Part shown: in pieces, positions 51,442 through 64,000 of the stretch | Layout: every line of letters starts with the position of its first letter | Position numbering within the stretch: position 1 is the first letter of the stretch | Assembly: GCF_009914755.1 (NCBI RefSeq) | Contig: NC_060935.1 | Direction: 5' to 3' (one strand) | DNA from: the human T2T-CHM13v2.0 reference genome, Homo sapiens | DNA length: 64,000 nucleotides | Notes under the pieces: model-generated | What the model saw: the letters and a program-made list of their open reading frames with translations, nothing else | What the model was told of the DNA's origin: nothing | Databases searched by the model: none | Translations under genes and position numbers: made by a program

Positions 51442-51823
51442 TGTCTTCGTCCATTTGCTTTGCTATAAAGGAATGCCTGAGGCAGGTAATTTATACCAAG
51501 AAGAGGCTTATTTGCCTCACAGTTCTGCAGGCTGTACAAGAAGCATGGCACCAGTATCTGCTTCTTGTGAGGCCCTCAGAGAGCTTCCAATCTTGGCAGA
51601 AGGTGAAGGGGAGCAGGCTTCACACAGCTAGAGAGGGAGGGAGAGAGAGTGGAGGGAGCTGCTGGGCTCTTTTCAACAGCCAGCTCTCAGGGGAAACTCT
51701 TGGGGGAACTAAGAGTGAGAACTAAGTTCTTACCGTGAGGACAGCACCTGGACGTTCATGAGGGATCCTTCCCCATGCCCCAAACATTTCCCCTTAGGAC
51801 CCACCTACACATGAGGGGGCATA
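51442..51823 (-). mobile_element. MSTB-type LTR
   Basis: TGTCTTCGTCCATTTGCTTTGCTATAAAGGAATGCCTGAGGC...TCACAGTTCTGCAGGCTGTACAAGAAGCATGGC. Confidence 0.85.
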
Positions 51824-51849
51824 TTGGCCCTTCCTACCTTGATAAATGT

Positions 51850-52350
51850 TCGTGACAGTTTGAACATCTGTGTTGCCAGCAGCCAGCTGAAGAAACAGAA
51901 CATGATCAGGACCTGAAAGCTCTCCTCTCACTCACTATGACAGCATCTGCCCAAGGATAAACCCATCTTGGCTGCCAAAAGGAACAATCAGTTTTGCTGG
52001 TGTTTGAACTTAACATAAGTGGATCATACAATATGGACCCTCTTGGATCTGGCTTGCTTTGTTTAGCATTATTTTGTGAGGTTTATCTAAAGTGTTATGT
52101 GTAGTTGTCGTTTACTTGTCCTCATTGGTGTTTAGTAGCCAATTCTGTGATTATATTATACGTTATTTATTCATTTTTCTGTTGATGGGCATTTGGAAGT
52201 TCCTAGCTGGGGAGTACTACGGATGTTTCCATAAACCTTTTATTTCCTGTCTTTGTGGAATATAAATTGGCTGCATACCTGGAAGGGGAATTGCTCTCAG
52301 GACAATAAATATTTTTGAGAAGGGAGGCACTAGGAGGAAATGCATATTTT
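51850..52350 (-). mobile_element. L1ME-like fragment
   Basis: GAACTTAACATAAGTGGATCATACAATATG...CTGTTGATGGGCATTTGG. Confidence 0.6.
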
Positions 52351-52359
52351 CTTGTCCTC

Positions 52360-54912
52360 TCATAACTGATTTCAGAAGCAGTTGCTCAAGAGAATATGTA
52401 TACAGTATAAAGGTAGGTCTATAACACGGAGGCATAATATAGATGTAATATACTTGCCAGTAACAGCACAAAGAAGATGAGTGGGAGAAAAGTTATACTG
52501 GATTCAGAAAACAACTGCAGATAATAAACTAGTGCTTTTAACAATGTATCGTATGGTTTGTAACATTCGTGTATATAATATTTATAATAGCAATACCACA
52601 GAAAGGGAGAAAAATTGATAGAGTTATATACAATTAACATTTCTGCAGATTACTATAATAAAACTAATGCAGACATACCACTGATTCCAATAAAATGTTA
52701 CTTTAAACTTTAGAGCAACTACTAAAATTTCTCAAAATATAGTAAAAAATTATTTAGAAAATATAAATTCTACATTAGAAAGTAGTTACTTAAAAGAAAG
52801 AAGAAAAGGATAAATATAGGTAACAGGGGTGAGATAGATAGTAAACAAAAAGTGAAATAGCAGATACAAATTCACTTTTATCAACAATAATGTTAAATTT
52901 TAATTGATGTTAAATAATCCAGTCAAAAGGAGAGACTGTAAGACAGAATTTAAAAAATGATCCAACTATACTTTTTCTACAGGAGACATTTTAGATGCAA
53001 AGGTACAAATAAATTGAAAGTAAAAGGACAAAAAAGATATATTATGCAAACAGCAAACACAGGTAAGCTGGGATGCCTACACTTATATCAGAAAAATAAA
53101 CTTTAAATCAAAAATGTTCTTTAGCGTTAAAGAGGAACATTTACAAATAATAAAAGGATTAATACATTCAGGACAATGTAACGGTTATATGTACCTGATA
53201 ACAGAGCACTAAAATGTGTGAACATTTTGGTTCATGATAGATGCATAGATAAATAAACAATTCAATAGTGATAACTGAAGGCTTCAATAACCCGCTTTCA
53301 ATAATGGTTAGTTATCATTAGATAGATGTCAACAAGGAAATAAAAAAAAACTTGAACAACACTGTGACTCCACTTAGACCTAACAGACATATAGAAACCA
53401 CTCCACTCAACAATAAAAACATTTACATTCTTCTGCAGTGAACATGGAGCACTCTCCAGGACAGACACTATGCTAAACCATAAAAACCTCAATAAATTAT
53501 AAAGAAAATGTATAATGTAAAGTATACTCTCCAACTAAAATTGAGTGAATCTAGACATCAATGGAAGAAAATAGTTGTGAATCTCACAAATATCAGCAAA
53601 CTAAACAACGCATCCCCAAATAATGAATGGGCAAAAGAACAATTGCAAGGGAAATTAGAGGGCAATTTAAAATTTTGAGATAAAGGAAATGAACACAAAA
53701 TATACCAAAACTTCTGGGATGTGAAAACTTAGAATGGAAGTTGCAGCTGCAAATGTCATTAAGAAATAAAAAGATCTCAAGTCAATAACCTTCTACATTA
53801 AAAATATTGGGAAAAAAGGAAACTAAACCCAAAGCATCCATAATGAAGAAAATAACAAAGGTCAGAGTAGAAATTGATGAACTAAAAAATAGGAAAATAA
53901 CAGGAAAATAAGCAATGAAACTAAAAGCTGCATCTTTGAAAAGATCAGCAAAATTGATAAATATTTATCCAGATTGACCAAAGAAGAGAGAAGACTCAAA
54001 TTGCTAGAATCAGAAATGAAAGAGGAAACTACTATTGACAGATATAAAAACAGTGCTATGAATAATTGTACACTAATTAGATAACTTAGGTGAAATGAAC
54101 AAAGTCCTGGAAAGACACAGATACTGAAGCTGACAACAGAAGAAATAGACAGTCTAGAGAGACCTACAACAAGTGAAAAGATTGAAGTAGTCATTAAAAA
54201 ATACCCACAAAGAAAAGTCCATTCCCAGATGACTTCACTGCTGAATTCTGCCAAGCATTTAAATAAGAAGTATTACCAATTTCTCAAAACCTCTTCCAGA
54301 AAAGGGGACAGACTACTTCCCAACTCATTTATGAGGGCAGTATTACCCTGATATAGAAACCACAAAAGATATCACAAAAAAAGAAAGCCACAGACCGATA
54401 TCTCTAATAAACAGGAACATAAAAATACTCAAGAAAATAGTGGCAAATTGAATTCAGTAATACATTAAAAAATGTACGTCATAGCCAAGAGGAATTTATC
54501 TGAGGAATGCAAGGTTAATGTAAAACCCCCAAATCAACATAATACATTAAATCAGTGGAATAACAAAAACAAAAAATTAAATGATTATCTCAATAGATTT
54601 GCAAAAGTAATATTTAAAAATTCAACACCCATTCATCATAAAAATAGGAATGGGAGAAAACTTCCTTAATCTGATAAAAGGCGTACACAAATTAAAACAA
54701 AACAAAACCCCACAGCTAACATCATACTTAATAGAGTAAGACAGGATAGATAAATGTAATACACAGGGTTTCTTTTTGAGGTGATAAAATATATTCTTAA
54801 CTTGATAGTGGTTATCACTGCACATCTTTCTGGGCATACTGAAAAAACACTTTAAATTGTACTCTTTAAATGGGTGAATCGTATGGCATATGAAAGCTGT
54901 TAAAGAAACAAA
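52360..54912 (+). mobile_element. Old L1M: inter-ORF region and ORF2 endonuclease-to-RT relic, joined to an L1MB-like 3' tail
   Basis: A-rich; CCAACTATAC...CTACAGGAGACA...TTGAAAGTAAAAGGA...TATGCAAAC; ACATTCTTCTGCAGTGAACATGGA; after about 54750 jumps to GGGTTTCTTTTTGAGGTGATAAAAT...TTTAAATGGGTGAAT 3' UTR. Confidence 0.8.
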
Positions 54913-54919
54913 TAACACT

Positions 54920-55920
54920 TTAATAATCCTGGCTTTCTGGGTACTATTTTATCTCTTCCTTTTTGTGTGTGTTTTCATGTTTCTGCCTGCCATCCACCTC
55001 TTACTTTTGGTGGCTTTTCCTTGCAGTTGGCATGTGTTTCTCATAAATATCACGTGGTTGGGTCTTGTCTTTTAAAAAACTAGTCTGACATTGTGTGTTA
55101 GCTGGAGAGATTATTCCAATTACCATGAATGTAATTACTAGTATGCTTGGATTTAATTCTACATTGTCACATTTTTTTCATTTGTCTCCATAATTTTTAT
55201 TTCCTTTGTTCCTCCTTTTCTACCTTTTTTTGAACTAAGATTATGATTTCAATTTGGTTCTCTTATTTTAGTTATATTTTATATCATTTTTAGCGACTAC
55301 CTTTACATATTCTAATGAAACTTAGTACCTTACTCTTTTATGAACAACTCAAGAATTTTCAACAGTTGTTTCTTATTACTGCATTTATCATTTCATCTCC
55401 TCTGTTTACAATTTTGTCATATTTGTTAATTGTTCTTATGTCATGGAGTTGCTTTAAACAGTCACTATTATTTGACATTTACTCACATGTTTACCTTTCA
55501 CAGAACTTTTTATTTCTTCCTGCAGTCATATGCTGCTGTATTTTCTATAGTGAGGGTAGCTGGTGAGAAATTCTCCCTGCTTCTGTTTGTCTGAGAATAT
55601 CTTAATTTTACATTCTTTTTTTAAGACTATAATTTTAGAGGGGCATTTCTATTTTCAGCTCTTTAACTCCATAATCCTCTTATCTTTCGGCTTCCATAGT
55701 TTCTTTGGAAACTGTCATTCTTTCTTCAGCTGTCATTCTTATGACTTCTGAAAGTAACAGTTCTTCTGCTGGTTGCCTTTGAGATTTCATCTTTTATTTA
55801 TCTTCTACCCATTTGCCAATTATTTGTGTTGATATGGTTTCCTTCATGTTTCTCCTGCTTATGTTTTGCTGAGCTTTTTGACTGTGCAGGTAAATGTCTT
55901 CCAACAGTTTTGCAATGTGC
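54920..55920 (-). mobile_element. Ancient L1 fragment
   Basis: T-rich; TTTGTCTGAGAATATCTTAATTT and related antisense L1 motifs. Confidence 0.5.
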
Positions 55921-55934
55921 CTGACCATTGATGC

Positions 55935-56424
55935 TGTGAGGGTCCTTGTGAGGGTCATGGAGGGTCCGTGTGGGGGTCATATATGGGTCACTAGAGGGTC
56001 GTGTGAGGGTCGTGTGAGGGTCATGTGAGATTCTGTGTGTGGGTCTCTAGAGGGTTTTGTGAGGTTTATGTGAGGGTCTCTGTGAGATTCTGCGTGTGGG
56101 TCACTAGCAGGTTGTGTAAGGGTCACTAGAGGGTCATGTGAAGGTCCCGTGAGATTCTGTGAGTTAGCACAGAGTTACATGAGAGTCATGTGAGGGTCAT
56201 ATGAGGGTCATGTGAGGGCTGTGTGAGGATCTTGTGAGGGTTATGTGAGGGCTGTGTGAGGGTTGTGTGAGGGTCATGTGAGGGTCACATGAGGGTCATG
56301 TGAAGATTGTGTGAGGGTATGAGGGTCTTGGAGAGTCATGTGAGATTGTGCATAAGGGTCTCTAGGGGGTTGTGTGACTGTCATATGAGGGTCCATGGAG
56401 GGCGGGTGTGAGGGTCTTTGTGAG
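55935..56424. repeat. Degenerate 12-bp tandem repeat (TGTGAGGGTCAT-like), about 40 units
   Basis: GTGAGGGTC recurs with about 12-bp period and many substitutions. Confidence 0.9.
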
Positions 56425-57759
56425 CATCTGGGCCCCTGGGAAGACTCGGCCAGCCCTGCCCTAAGGAGGCCCACATTTCCAGCAGAGAAGAGGACAGTGA
56501 GCAATGACCATCATGCCCTGCAGTGAGTGCGTCTGCCGGGAGCAGAGCTCAGAGCAGGGCACTCTTGACTCGCGTGGGGAGGAAGCCAGGAAGGCGCGTG
56601 GAGGAGGGCACTCTTGACTCCCGAGCTACTCAACTGAGACAGGAGGGACAGCAGCCTCCACAGAGACGCAGCTGCAGTCCAGGCTGCGTCTGGGAAGAGC
56701 GAGGCTGTGGCTGCAGTGGGGCTGCTGAGTGGCTGGAGATGAAACTGGAACCCTGGATTGGGCTCAGATTGTGACAAGGCTAAGGCCTTGTGTGGGGTTT
56801 CCAGTTTTAGTTCTTAGGAGAGGAGCTCCTGGAGGCGGCCTCGGCTGGAGCCTGGGCAGTTGTAATGCAGCCCTCAGTAGCCATGAGCTTCTGCTGGGTC
56901 TCCAAGGGCTCAGCCTAAAGGGAAAAGATGGCAGCTGATGGTCAGGGGCCAGGGTTCCAGTGTTGCAAGGTCCCTGAGATGGTCGGCCATGTGCAGATGA
57001 GGGAGGAGTTGTCCCTCTGGCCACAGGCTGGAGGCCTCTGCCTGGGCAGCTCAGACAGGGCATAAAGACGGCCTCTGAATCCTCATTGCTCACAGGAGAA
57101 GGTGCCCAGGGTGGTGGCCCAGAAGGTGAGAGGCTTCTCTGCAAAGCTGATGAACATGATTTCAGGGTAAATTTCCTCCTGTGATTTGTATTTTATTCCA
57201 GAGCCATTAGGATAATATTGCTATTCATTCCATGTCAGTGATATCGCGGCCTGATTTGCATTGTTCTGTGTGTGTCTCTGCTCTCGAGCTGAGGGTCGTC
57301 TGTGTCTGTAAGAGGGGTTTTGACAGGAATGGGCACAAAGCCGGGGTCAGGCCGCCAACCTCCTGTTCCCTCCTCTCTGTTCATCAGAGCCCTCTCTCTA
57401 GGCAGGAGGGCCTTCCTGGGGGCTGCTGTGTCCTCCCTCATGTCAGGCACCTCCGGGACTGACACTTGCAGCTGCCTCTGTGTGAGGAAGGGGTGTTCAT
57501 TTTTCTAAGGTGCCATCAGATGACAGATCCCTCGGTGCAGAGTGCACAGTGGTGCTCGGAGTGGCAGAACAACCACAGCTTCTCAGGCAAGCAGAGGCCT
57601 CCAGAGCGGCCCTGGTTGAGGGCCTGGGAGCCCAGAGAGGCCTTGGAAGGCACGATGGCTGCATGGAGGATCTTGACCTGGGAGTCAGGTACAGACATAA
57701 CTTGCTTCATATAAGTACCACATGCTAACCGATGGCCTCACTGGAGCTTATACATAACT

Positions 57760-58030
57760 TGGTTGAAATATCATGCTGCCACTGTGTGTGACCCTGGGCA
57801 AGAGACTGTGAAGTCTCTGATCCTCAGTTTCTTCGTCTGAAATTTGGAGTGGACAATGCAACAAGACTGTAGGGAGGATCCAATGACGCAGATGGAAGTG
57901 AATGAACTTGCAGATATAAAGCACAGATGAGCTCATTAAGAGGCAGTGTAGCGTCGCGGTTCTAAGCACAGCCTTTGAAGCCACACTGTTTGGATTCAAT
58001 CCCAACTTTTCCACTAATTATTCGTGTGCT
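57760..58030 (+). mobile_element. Two adjacent MIR fragments
   Basis: TGTGTGACCCTGGGCAAG...CCTCAGTTTCTTCGTCTG; AGGCAGTGTAGCGTCGCGGTT...GGATTCAATCCCAACT. Confidence 0.65.
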
Positions 58031-59053
58031 CTTTGATGAGTTATTTGTGCCTCCATCACCTGCCCTGGAAAATGGGATGAGTTGCCCAGGTCTCCCTCCA
58101 GGGAAGACTTACTGGGCCATGGGCAGTGAGGGCAGCATGCAACCTCTAGCCCCAGGGTTGGCCTGACTGCAGGAGTTCCCTTGACTGAGGCCACAGCTTT
58201 GCCTGTGAAGTCCAGGAAAGCCTGGAGGTTTGGAGGCCTGCCCATCTCGGCTGGTGTGGGACAACTTTGATGGGCAATGCCCACCCCAGAGCTCCCTGTT
58301 GGATTGTTCAAGCCTTGGCTGGGCCTGCCTTGTGGCCAGAGCTCCTCCTCTGCCCAGTCCCACTCCTGTCACAGGTGCTGATCCCTAATCAGCAGTTTGC
58401 ACCCAAACTCAGTCCCAGTGTCTGCTTCTGGAGAGCTCAGCAGGTTCCCAGCAAATAAATATAAGGCAAAGCAAAAGGGTATTATGATCGTCAGATAAGT
58501 TCATAGATTCTAAGGATGCTGAACAGTGTCTGGGACGTGGTGCTATTATTAGTATTAATCATTGCTAATGATTTATCACTGTGTCCTGAACAGAGGGATT
58601 CTCATGTGCTCCCATCCTCTGCAGGCTTCCAGGCTTCAGGCAAACACAGAGGTGGGGTTCTGACTTCTCACTGGAGTCACTGGCCATGGGTCTTTGTGTG
58701 CAGCTCCTGTCACCAAGCACCCACCCACTCCATGCTGGGCTCTGTCACATCAGTCCCTTGGCCTCATCTGTAATCCTCACAGTCACTCCGTAAGGTAAGT
58801 ATTATTATCCCCACTTTACACAGCCCACTTCCAACTTCCAGTAGGAGGCAGAGCTGGGACCCAAAGCCTTCATCACGGGCCTTGCAGCCTTCTCTTTACA
58901 CACATGGGAGCTTGTCCCCAGGGAGGTGACCACAGGCCGGCACTCAAGATGCCCATCAGCTCAGCTGGCCTTGCTGCTCCACATGCTCCTCAGGCTCTGG
59001 GCTGTCTCCATGCTTACTCATAAACAGAAATGCGAGGTCAAAAACTCATCTTC

Positions 59054-59357
59054 GTTTGGGCACAGTAGCTCATGCCTGTAATCCCAGCACTTTGGGAGGC
59101 TGATGTGGCTAGATCACTTGAGGCCAGGAGTTCGAGACCAGCCTGGCCAACATGGTGAAACCTCGTCTCTACTAAAAATACAAAAATTAGCCAGGCGTGG
59201 TGGTGCATGCCTATGGTCCCAGCTACTTGGGTGGCTGAGGCATGAGAATCACTTGAACCCGGGAGGCAGAGGTTGCAGTGAGCTGAGGTCACACAACTGT
59301 ACTCCAACTTGAATGACAGCATGAGACCCTATCTCAAAAAAGCAAAAACAAAAAAAC
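59054..59357 (+). mobile_element. AluS (Sz/Sx-like)
   Basis: GGGCACAGTAGCTCATGCCTGTAATCCCAGCACTTTGGGAGG...A-rich tail. Confidence 0.95.
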
Positions 59358-59989
59358 AGACTATTTCTCTTCTCCTTACGGTTCCCAACTGCTCTCCTGA
59401 GGTGTGCTTGGATTGTTTGTAATGTATCACTACCTCTCAAATGCCCTTGCTTGTTTTTGGGAAGCAGATCCCTCCCTTTCTGGGGTGGGGTTGATGCAGA
59501 ACTGAGTGGAGGAGTCAGGAGGAGGAGGGCTGTGGCTGACTTCACCTTGGTCTTGCACCTTCAGGCTCCAAGAAGCACATTGAAAATGTTAGGAGAGTGA
59601 GCCTGCGGGGGATGAGGGGTTTGAGTTCCTGGTCCTCCAGACAGTGAAGATCTTGATCATGCAGCCTCCAGGGAGCGAAAGCCCTGCCTTTCTCCAGGCT
59701 CTGTTTGGAAGGGAATAGTGGGCAGATGGGCCTTGCCTGGGAAAACTGACTTCTCTTGGTTCAGGTGAGCATAGCCATTCATCTACTTTTGGCCTTGATA
59801 GATGTGCCTTAACTGGACATGTAACATCAGTGGAATCAACACAGCATGGATTTCTGTGTCTGCTCCTTTCATCCAGCCTAATATTTTTGAGGTTAAACCA
59901 TGTGTGACATGCATTGGTACTTTGATTCTTTTCATTAACAAATAATATTCCTGGGGCCAATTGCATGCGTTTTGTATTTTCTAAAGAAG

Positions 59990-61465
59990 CATTTAGTTTT
60001 AGTTTTACTTAATATCTTATGATTGCCCAATTGTCTAAGTGACCTTTCTAGTTTGTATACATTAGGTGCTATGAAGTTCTATGGGTTTTGACAAATGCCC
60101 AGTGTCATGTATCCACCATTTCAGTATCAGAATAGTTCACTGCTCCAGGGTCCCCAGTGCTTCAGGCATTCAGCTCTCCCTTCTCTGAACCCCAGCAGCC
60201 ACTGCTGTTTGCTGACTTACCTCTGTAGTTTTGACTTTCCCAGAATGTCATATAGTTAGAATCATTCAGGATGTAGCCTTTTCAGACAGATTGCTTTCAC
60301 TTAGCAATATGTCTTGATAGCTCATTCCTATTTATCCCTGAATACTGTTCTACTGTATGGATGGGCTCCGGATTTTTAATCCATGCACCCACTGAAGGAC
60401 ATTGTGGTTGCTTTCCATTTGGGGCAATTATGAAAATATATGCTATAAACATTCATGTGCAAGTTTTTGAGTGAATATAAGTTTTCAAATCAATAGACTA
60501 AATGCCTAAGAATGTGATTGCTGGATCTTATGGTAAGACTATGCGTAGTTATAAAAAACTGTCAACTGTCTTCCAAAGTGGTTGTAACATTTTGCATTCT
60601 CACCAGCAACAAATGACAGTTCTGTTGCTCCACATTCTTGCCAGAAATTGGTATTTTCAGCTTCTTGTTAGTTTGCCATTCTGTTTGTAGCGTTATTGCA
60701 TTGTTGCTTAATTTGCAATTACCCAGTCACAAATGATGTTGAACATCCATATATATATACATGTATTTTTCCATATGTATGTATTCTTTGGTGAAGTGTT
60801 TATTTAGATATATTGCCCTTTTTAAAATTAGATTCTTTTCTTATAATTTAGTTTGAAAAGTTTTTTGTATATTTTGGATACAAGTCCTTTGTCAGACATG
60901 TGTTCTGCAAATGTCATCTCCCAGTTTGTGTTTTGTCTTTTCATTCTTTTAACAGTATCTTTCACAGACTGTAAGTTTTTAAGTTTAATAAAGTCCAACT
61001 TATGATTTTTTTCTTTCATAAATCATACTTTTGGTGTTATTTCTAAGCCCTCACTGCCAAATCCAAGTTTATGTAGATTTTCACGTGTATATTCTAAAAG
61101 TTTTATAATTTTGCATTTTATGTTATGCTCTACGACCCATTTTGAGTTAATTTTTGTGTAAAATGTAAGGTCTGTGACTAGGTTCCTTCTTTTAAGAATT
61201 TTAGAATACCTATTATGGTAAAACATGCATAACACAAAATTTAACATCTTAACCATCTCGAAGTGTATAGTTCAGTAGGTTCACGTATATCCAATTTTTT
61301 CAGCACCATTTGTTTAAAAGACTCTTCTTTTTTCACTGAATTACCTTTACGCCTTTGTCAAAACTCACTTGACTTTATTTGTGTGGGTCTATTTCTGGGC
61401 TCTTTATTCTGTTCCATAGGTCTGTGTTTCCATACTTTCACCAGTATTATTTTGTTTTGATTATT
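59990..61465 (-). mobile_element. L1MC-class 3' region with a short nested L1 3' fragment (about 61190-61280)
   Basis: TTCTATGGGTTTTGACAAATG...; ORF 60828 LDFIKLKNLQSVKDTVKRMKRQNTNWEMTFAEHMSDKGLVSKIYK is L1 ORF2-like. Confidence 0.85.
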
Positions 61466-61879
61466 ACAACCATCTTGAATTTCTCTGCATCATTTTAATG
61501 AGCTTAGACTTTATTGTCTGGGTATAGGGACCTAATGGGATAAGCAATGTACTAATGGTAAGAGTTGAGTTTCGGTTAGATACACTTGAGAAAGTTGGTA
61601 GGCATATTGGATGAGAACAAGACTGGGTATGGAAAGACCACACACTCCAAGTGCCAGACAACTGAGGTGGTGGCACTGGGATTGGAGAGGAGCCAGAAGG
61701 CAGGTAGGGCAGGCTTTCTTTCTTCTGGAAGCCCCAGCAGGCAGGCATTTGTGTCCAGATAAGGTGGGCTGGCCGGACCCTCCAGTCTTTCTCTGGCAGA
61801 GCTTCAACCCCTTGTAAAATTTCACTTCATGACACATTTTGATGTCTATGGATGGACAGCCAACTCAACTGAGTAACCA

Positions 61880-62280
61880 TCACCTGCTTCCAACTGCCCT
61901 CTTCCTTGTCACCTCACACTATAGAGATTGGGAAGCCAAAAATCAACTTTCCCAAACTTCTCTGTAGCCAGGGTGTCTGTACGACCCATTCTACCCAATG
62001 AAACAGAAAGAGCTATCTTCAGGGAAATGTTTGCTTCTTGACGAAAAGGGACATGTATAGTTGCAACTGCAGCCACCCTGGTCAGGCCTCAATACCCCTA
62101 TTTTCATCTGCCTGTGGATATGGGCCAATGCAGTGGGGGGTGACCCTGGGAGAACGGCTTTCCTGCAGGGTCCTGGAAGGGACTGATAGCTAAAAGCTGT
62201 TGCCAAAATCACTCCCAACAGTTGAAACAACAATTTTTCATGGAGGAAGGATCAGGGTCGTGTATCACTGTGTCTACCAT
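61880..62280. mobile_element. ERVL LTR fragments (LTR33-like, then LTR16-like)
   Basis: CTTTCCCAAACTTCTCTGTAGCCAGGG...CCAATGAAAC; GACTGATAGCT...CACTCCC...GTGTCTACCA. Confidence 0.45.
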
Positions 62281-64000
62281 GTAAGACGTGTTTGTCGTCA
62301 CCTTAAAAATCAAAACGGTAAATTAAAAGAGGTTAAGTGATTGTGCGAGGTCATATAATAATAGAAATAATAACAATAAATAATTACTGTATGCCAGGAC
62401 CTTTTCTAAGCACATCATTTACTTCCTCCAGCCTTGGCATTTATTTTGTAACTGGGGCCACAGAAGCAAACTTAAGTCAAGAGGGAGAGGCGAAGAGAAT
62501 CCCAAGAATCCAGCCTTTACAGCATAAATTTACGAAAGCAATGCCAGGAGGCAACCACCCTAGACGCGGAACCGTATGAGGAAAACAGTTCCGTATCTGC
62601 GTGGTCCCCAACTGGCCAGGTGCTCTGTTCTTTGCTGCTGAAGGCGTTCCTGACAGAGGTGCGTGCCTCGCTCATCACTGCCATCATCACTGCTGGTTGA
62701 AGATGGAGATACACTGTGGCCATCGCTCCCTGTGCCATCAGCCTTGGGACCAGTGAGGATCTTACAGAACAAATCAGAGAATCTTCCTCCTTCTATGTGA
62801 TGCTAACTTGGAGGGGAGGGTTGTCAGGTGGGGATACGTGTGGACTGAAATGTCATAGACTTTAGGGACATACCCCCTCCTGTCCCCTCACAGTCATCTT
62901 TCTGCCTGTGCACACACCCTGTCAGGGTGTCAGGGTCATGCCACGTAACTAAATAACATCCTTCGCTGGAAGCCGTTGTTCCTCTCCAAACCTCAGGCTG
63001 TGTTCCTCAGTCTGGCCAAGTTCCTTCCTCTCTTATGGGACAGACATTCTCTCTGTAGCTTGGCTTCCATCACAGTAACCCTAGACATATATAGAGAGTT
63101 ATGTCTGTGTTTGTCCAAGTTTCTTTTGTGATATGCATCAAGTATTAATTTACTAAGAATCAACTCATGTCCTTGTTCATCAGTGGATAAGCACAATTAT
63201 CTGGGGGCATTTCTGACCTTTACTGTCCAGACATGTCTGAGGCTCAGCTCTGCCCCACCAGGAAATTCCACACGTATTGATCTGCTTGTGTGTCTGTCGC
63301 CCATTGCAGTCTGTGGGCTCCTGGAGCTCAGGGCTCCCTCAGTTCAGTTATCAGATGCCTGACATATATTTTGGTTGAATGAAGCAAAGAAGGAAGAAAC
63401 AGGGCCACTTCAGACCTGATGAGAGGCTTCTGCACTCTCCAGGAAAGACAAGAAGCTTGTGTGGTGAGAGCAGCAGCTTCCCGCAGGACGCGGAGAACGT
63501 AGAGGCTATCATTTCTGGGCCAAGACACTGATTTGTGGGGGATGAGGGGGCGAGTGGGCACTTATGAACAGTGTCTGAAATCCCCAGAAATGTAGACGTT
63601 TTCACAGAAGACAGGGGAGGTCATCAGAACGCTGACAGCTGCTGACAGGATCCTATTCAAAGAAGTATGAGGAGCTGCCAGACAGGTGCTGGGTTAGAGA
63701 AGCCAGGCCCACACCGCATGACCAACATGAAGGCCAACAGCCTGCAGCCCCTATTGCTGTGTCCTCCAGTGGGGGCATATATAGAACTCGGCCCAGACGT
63801 GCCCCCTGTGTCGGGACACTGGGGAGGCTGGAACCTTGGCTGCATTTGTGGAGAGCTCTGGAAAATGGGAGAGCCTTAGACCCATGGCCCACACAGGACT
63901 CTTCCGACCTCTAGGTGCTGAACCGAGAAAACCTGACCTCAGAAGTACTCTGCTTTGCTTTCTGTTTTGAGAAGAGTTTTAGCTCATTCTTTCTCTATCC

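Overview
Primate (very probably human) non-coding DNA, either intergenic or inside a long intron. I find no credible protein-coding gene, RNA gene or CRISPR array. The window is a mosaic of six Alus, L1 fragments of many ages, MaLR/ERV1/ERVL LTRs, MIR/L2 relics, hAT MITEs and a decayed ERV-L gag. It has at least five GC-rich minisatellites. The largest is a 2.2-kb, indel-free 28-bp VNTR (34805-37006) whose variant-unit order shows a nested higher-order duplication. That VNTR explains the 760-960 aa ORFs, because its minus strand has no stop codon in any frame. Other notable structures are a young L1PA inserted into an old L1 with its 5' end almost at the homologous position, a composite MLT/MIR/MLT insert inside the same old L1, and a CpG-dense 29-bp array beside a copy in which every CpG reads CpA. 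Repeat subfamily names come from recalled consensus sequences and need RepeatMasker/Dfam confirmation. I do not see support for a previously undescribed gene system.
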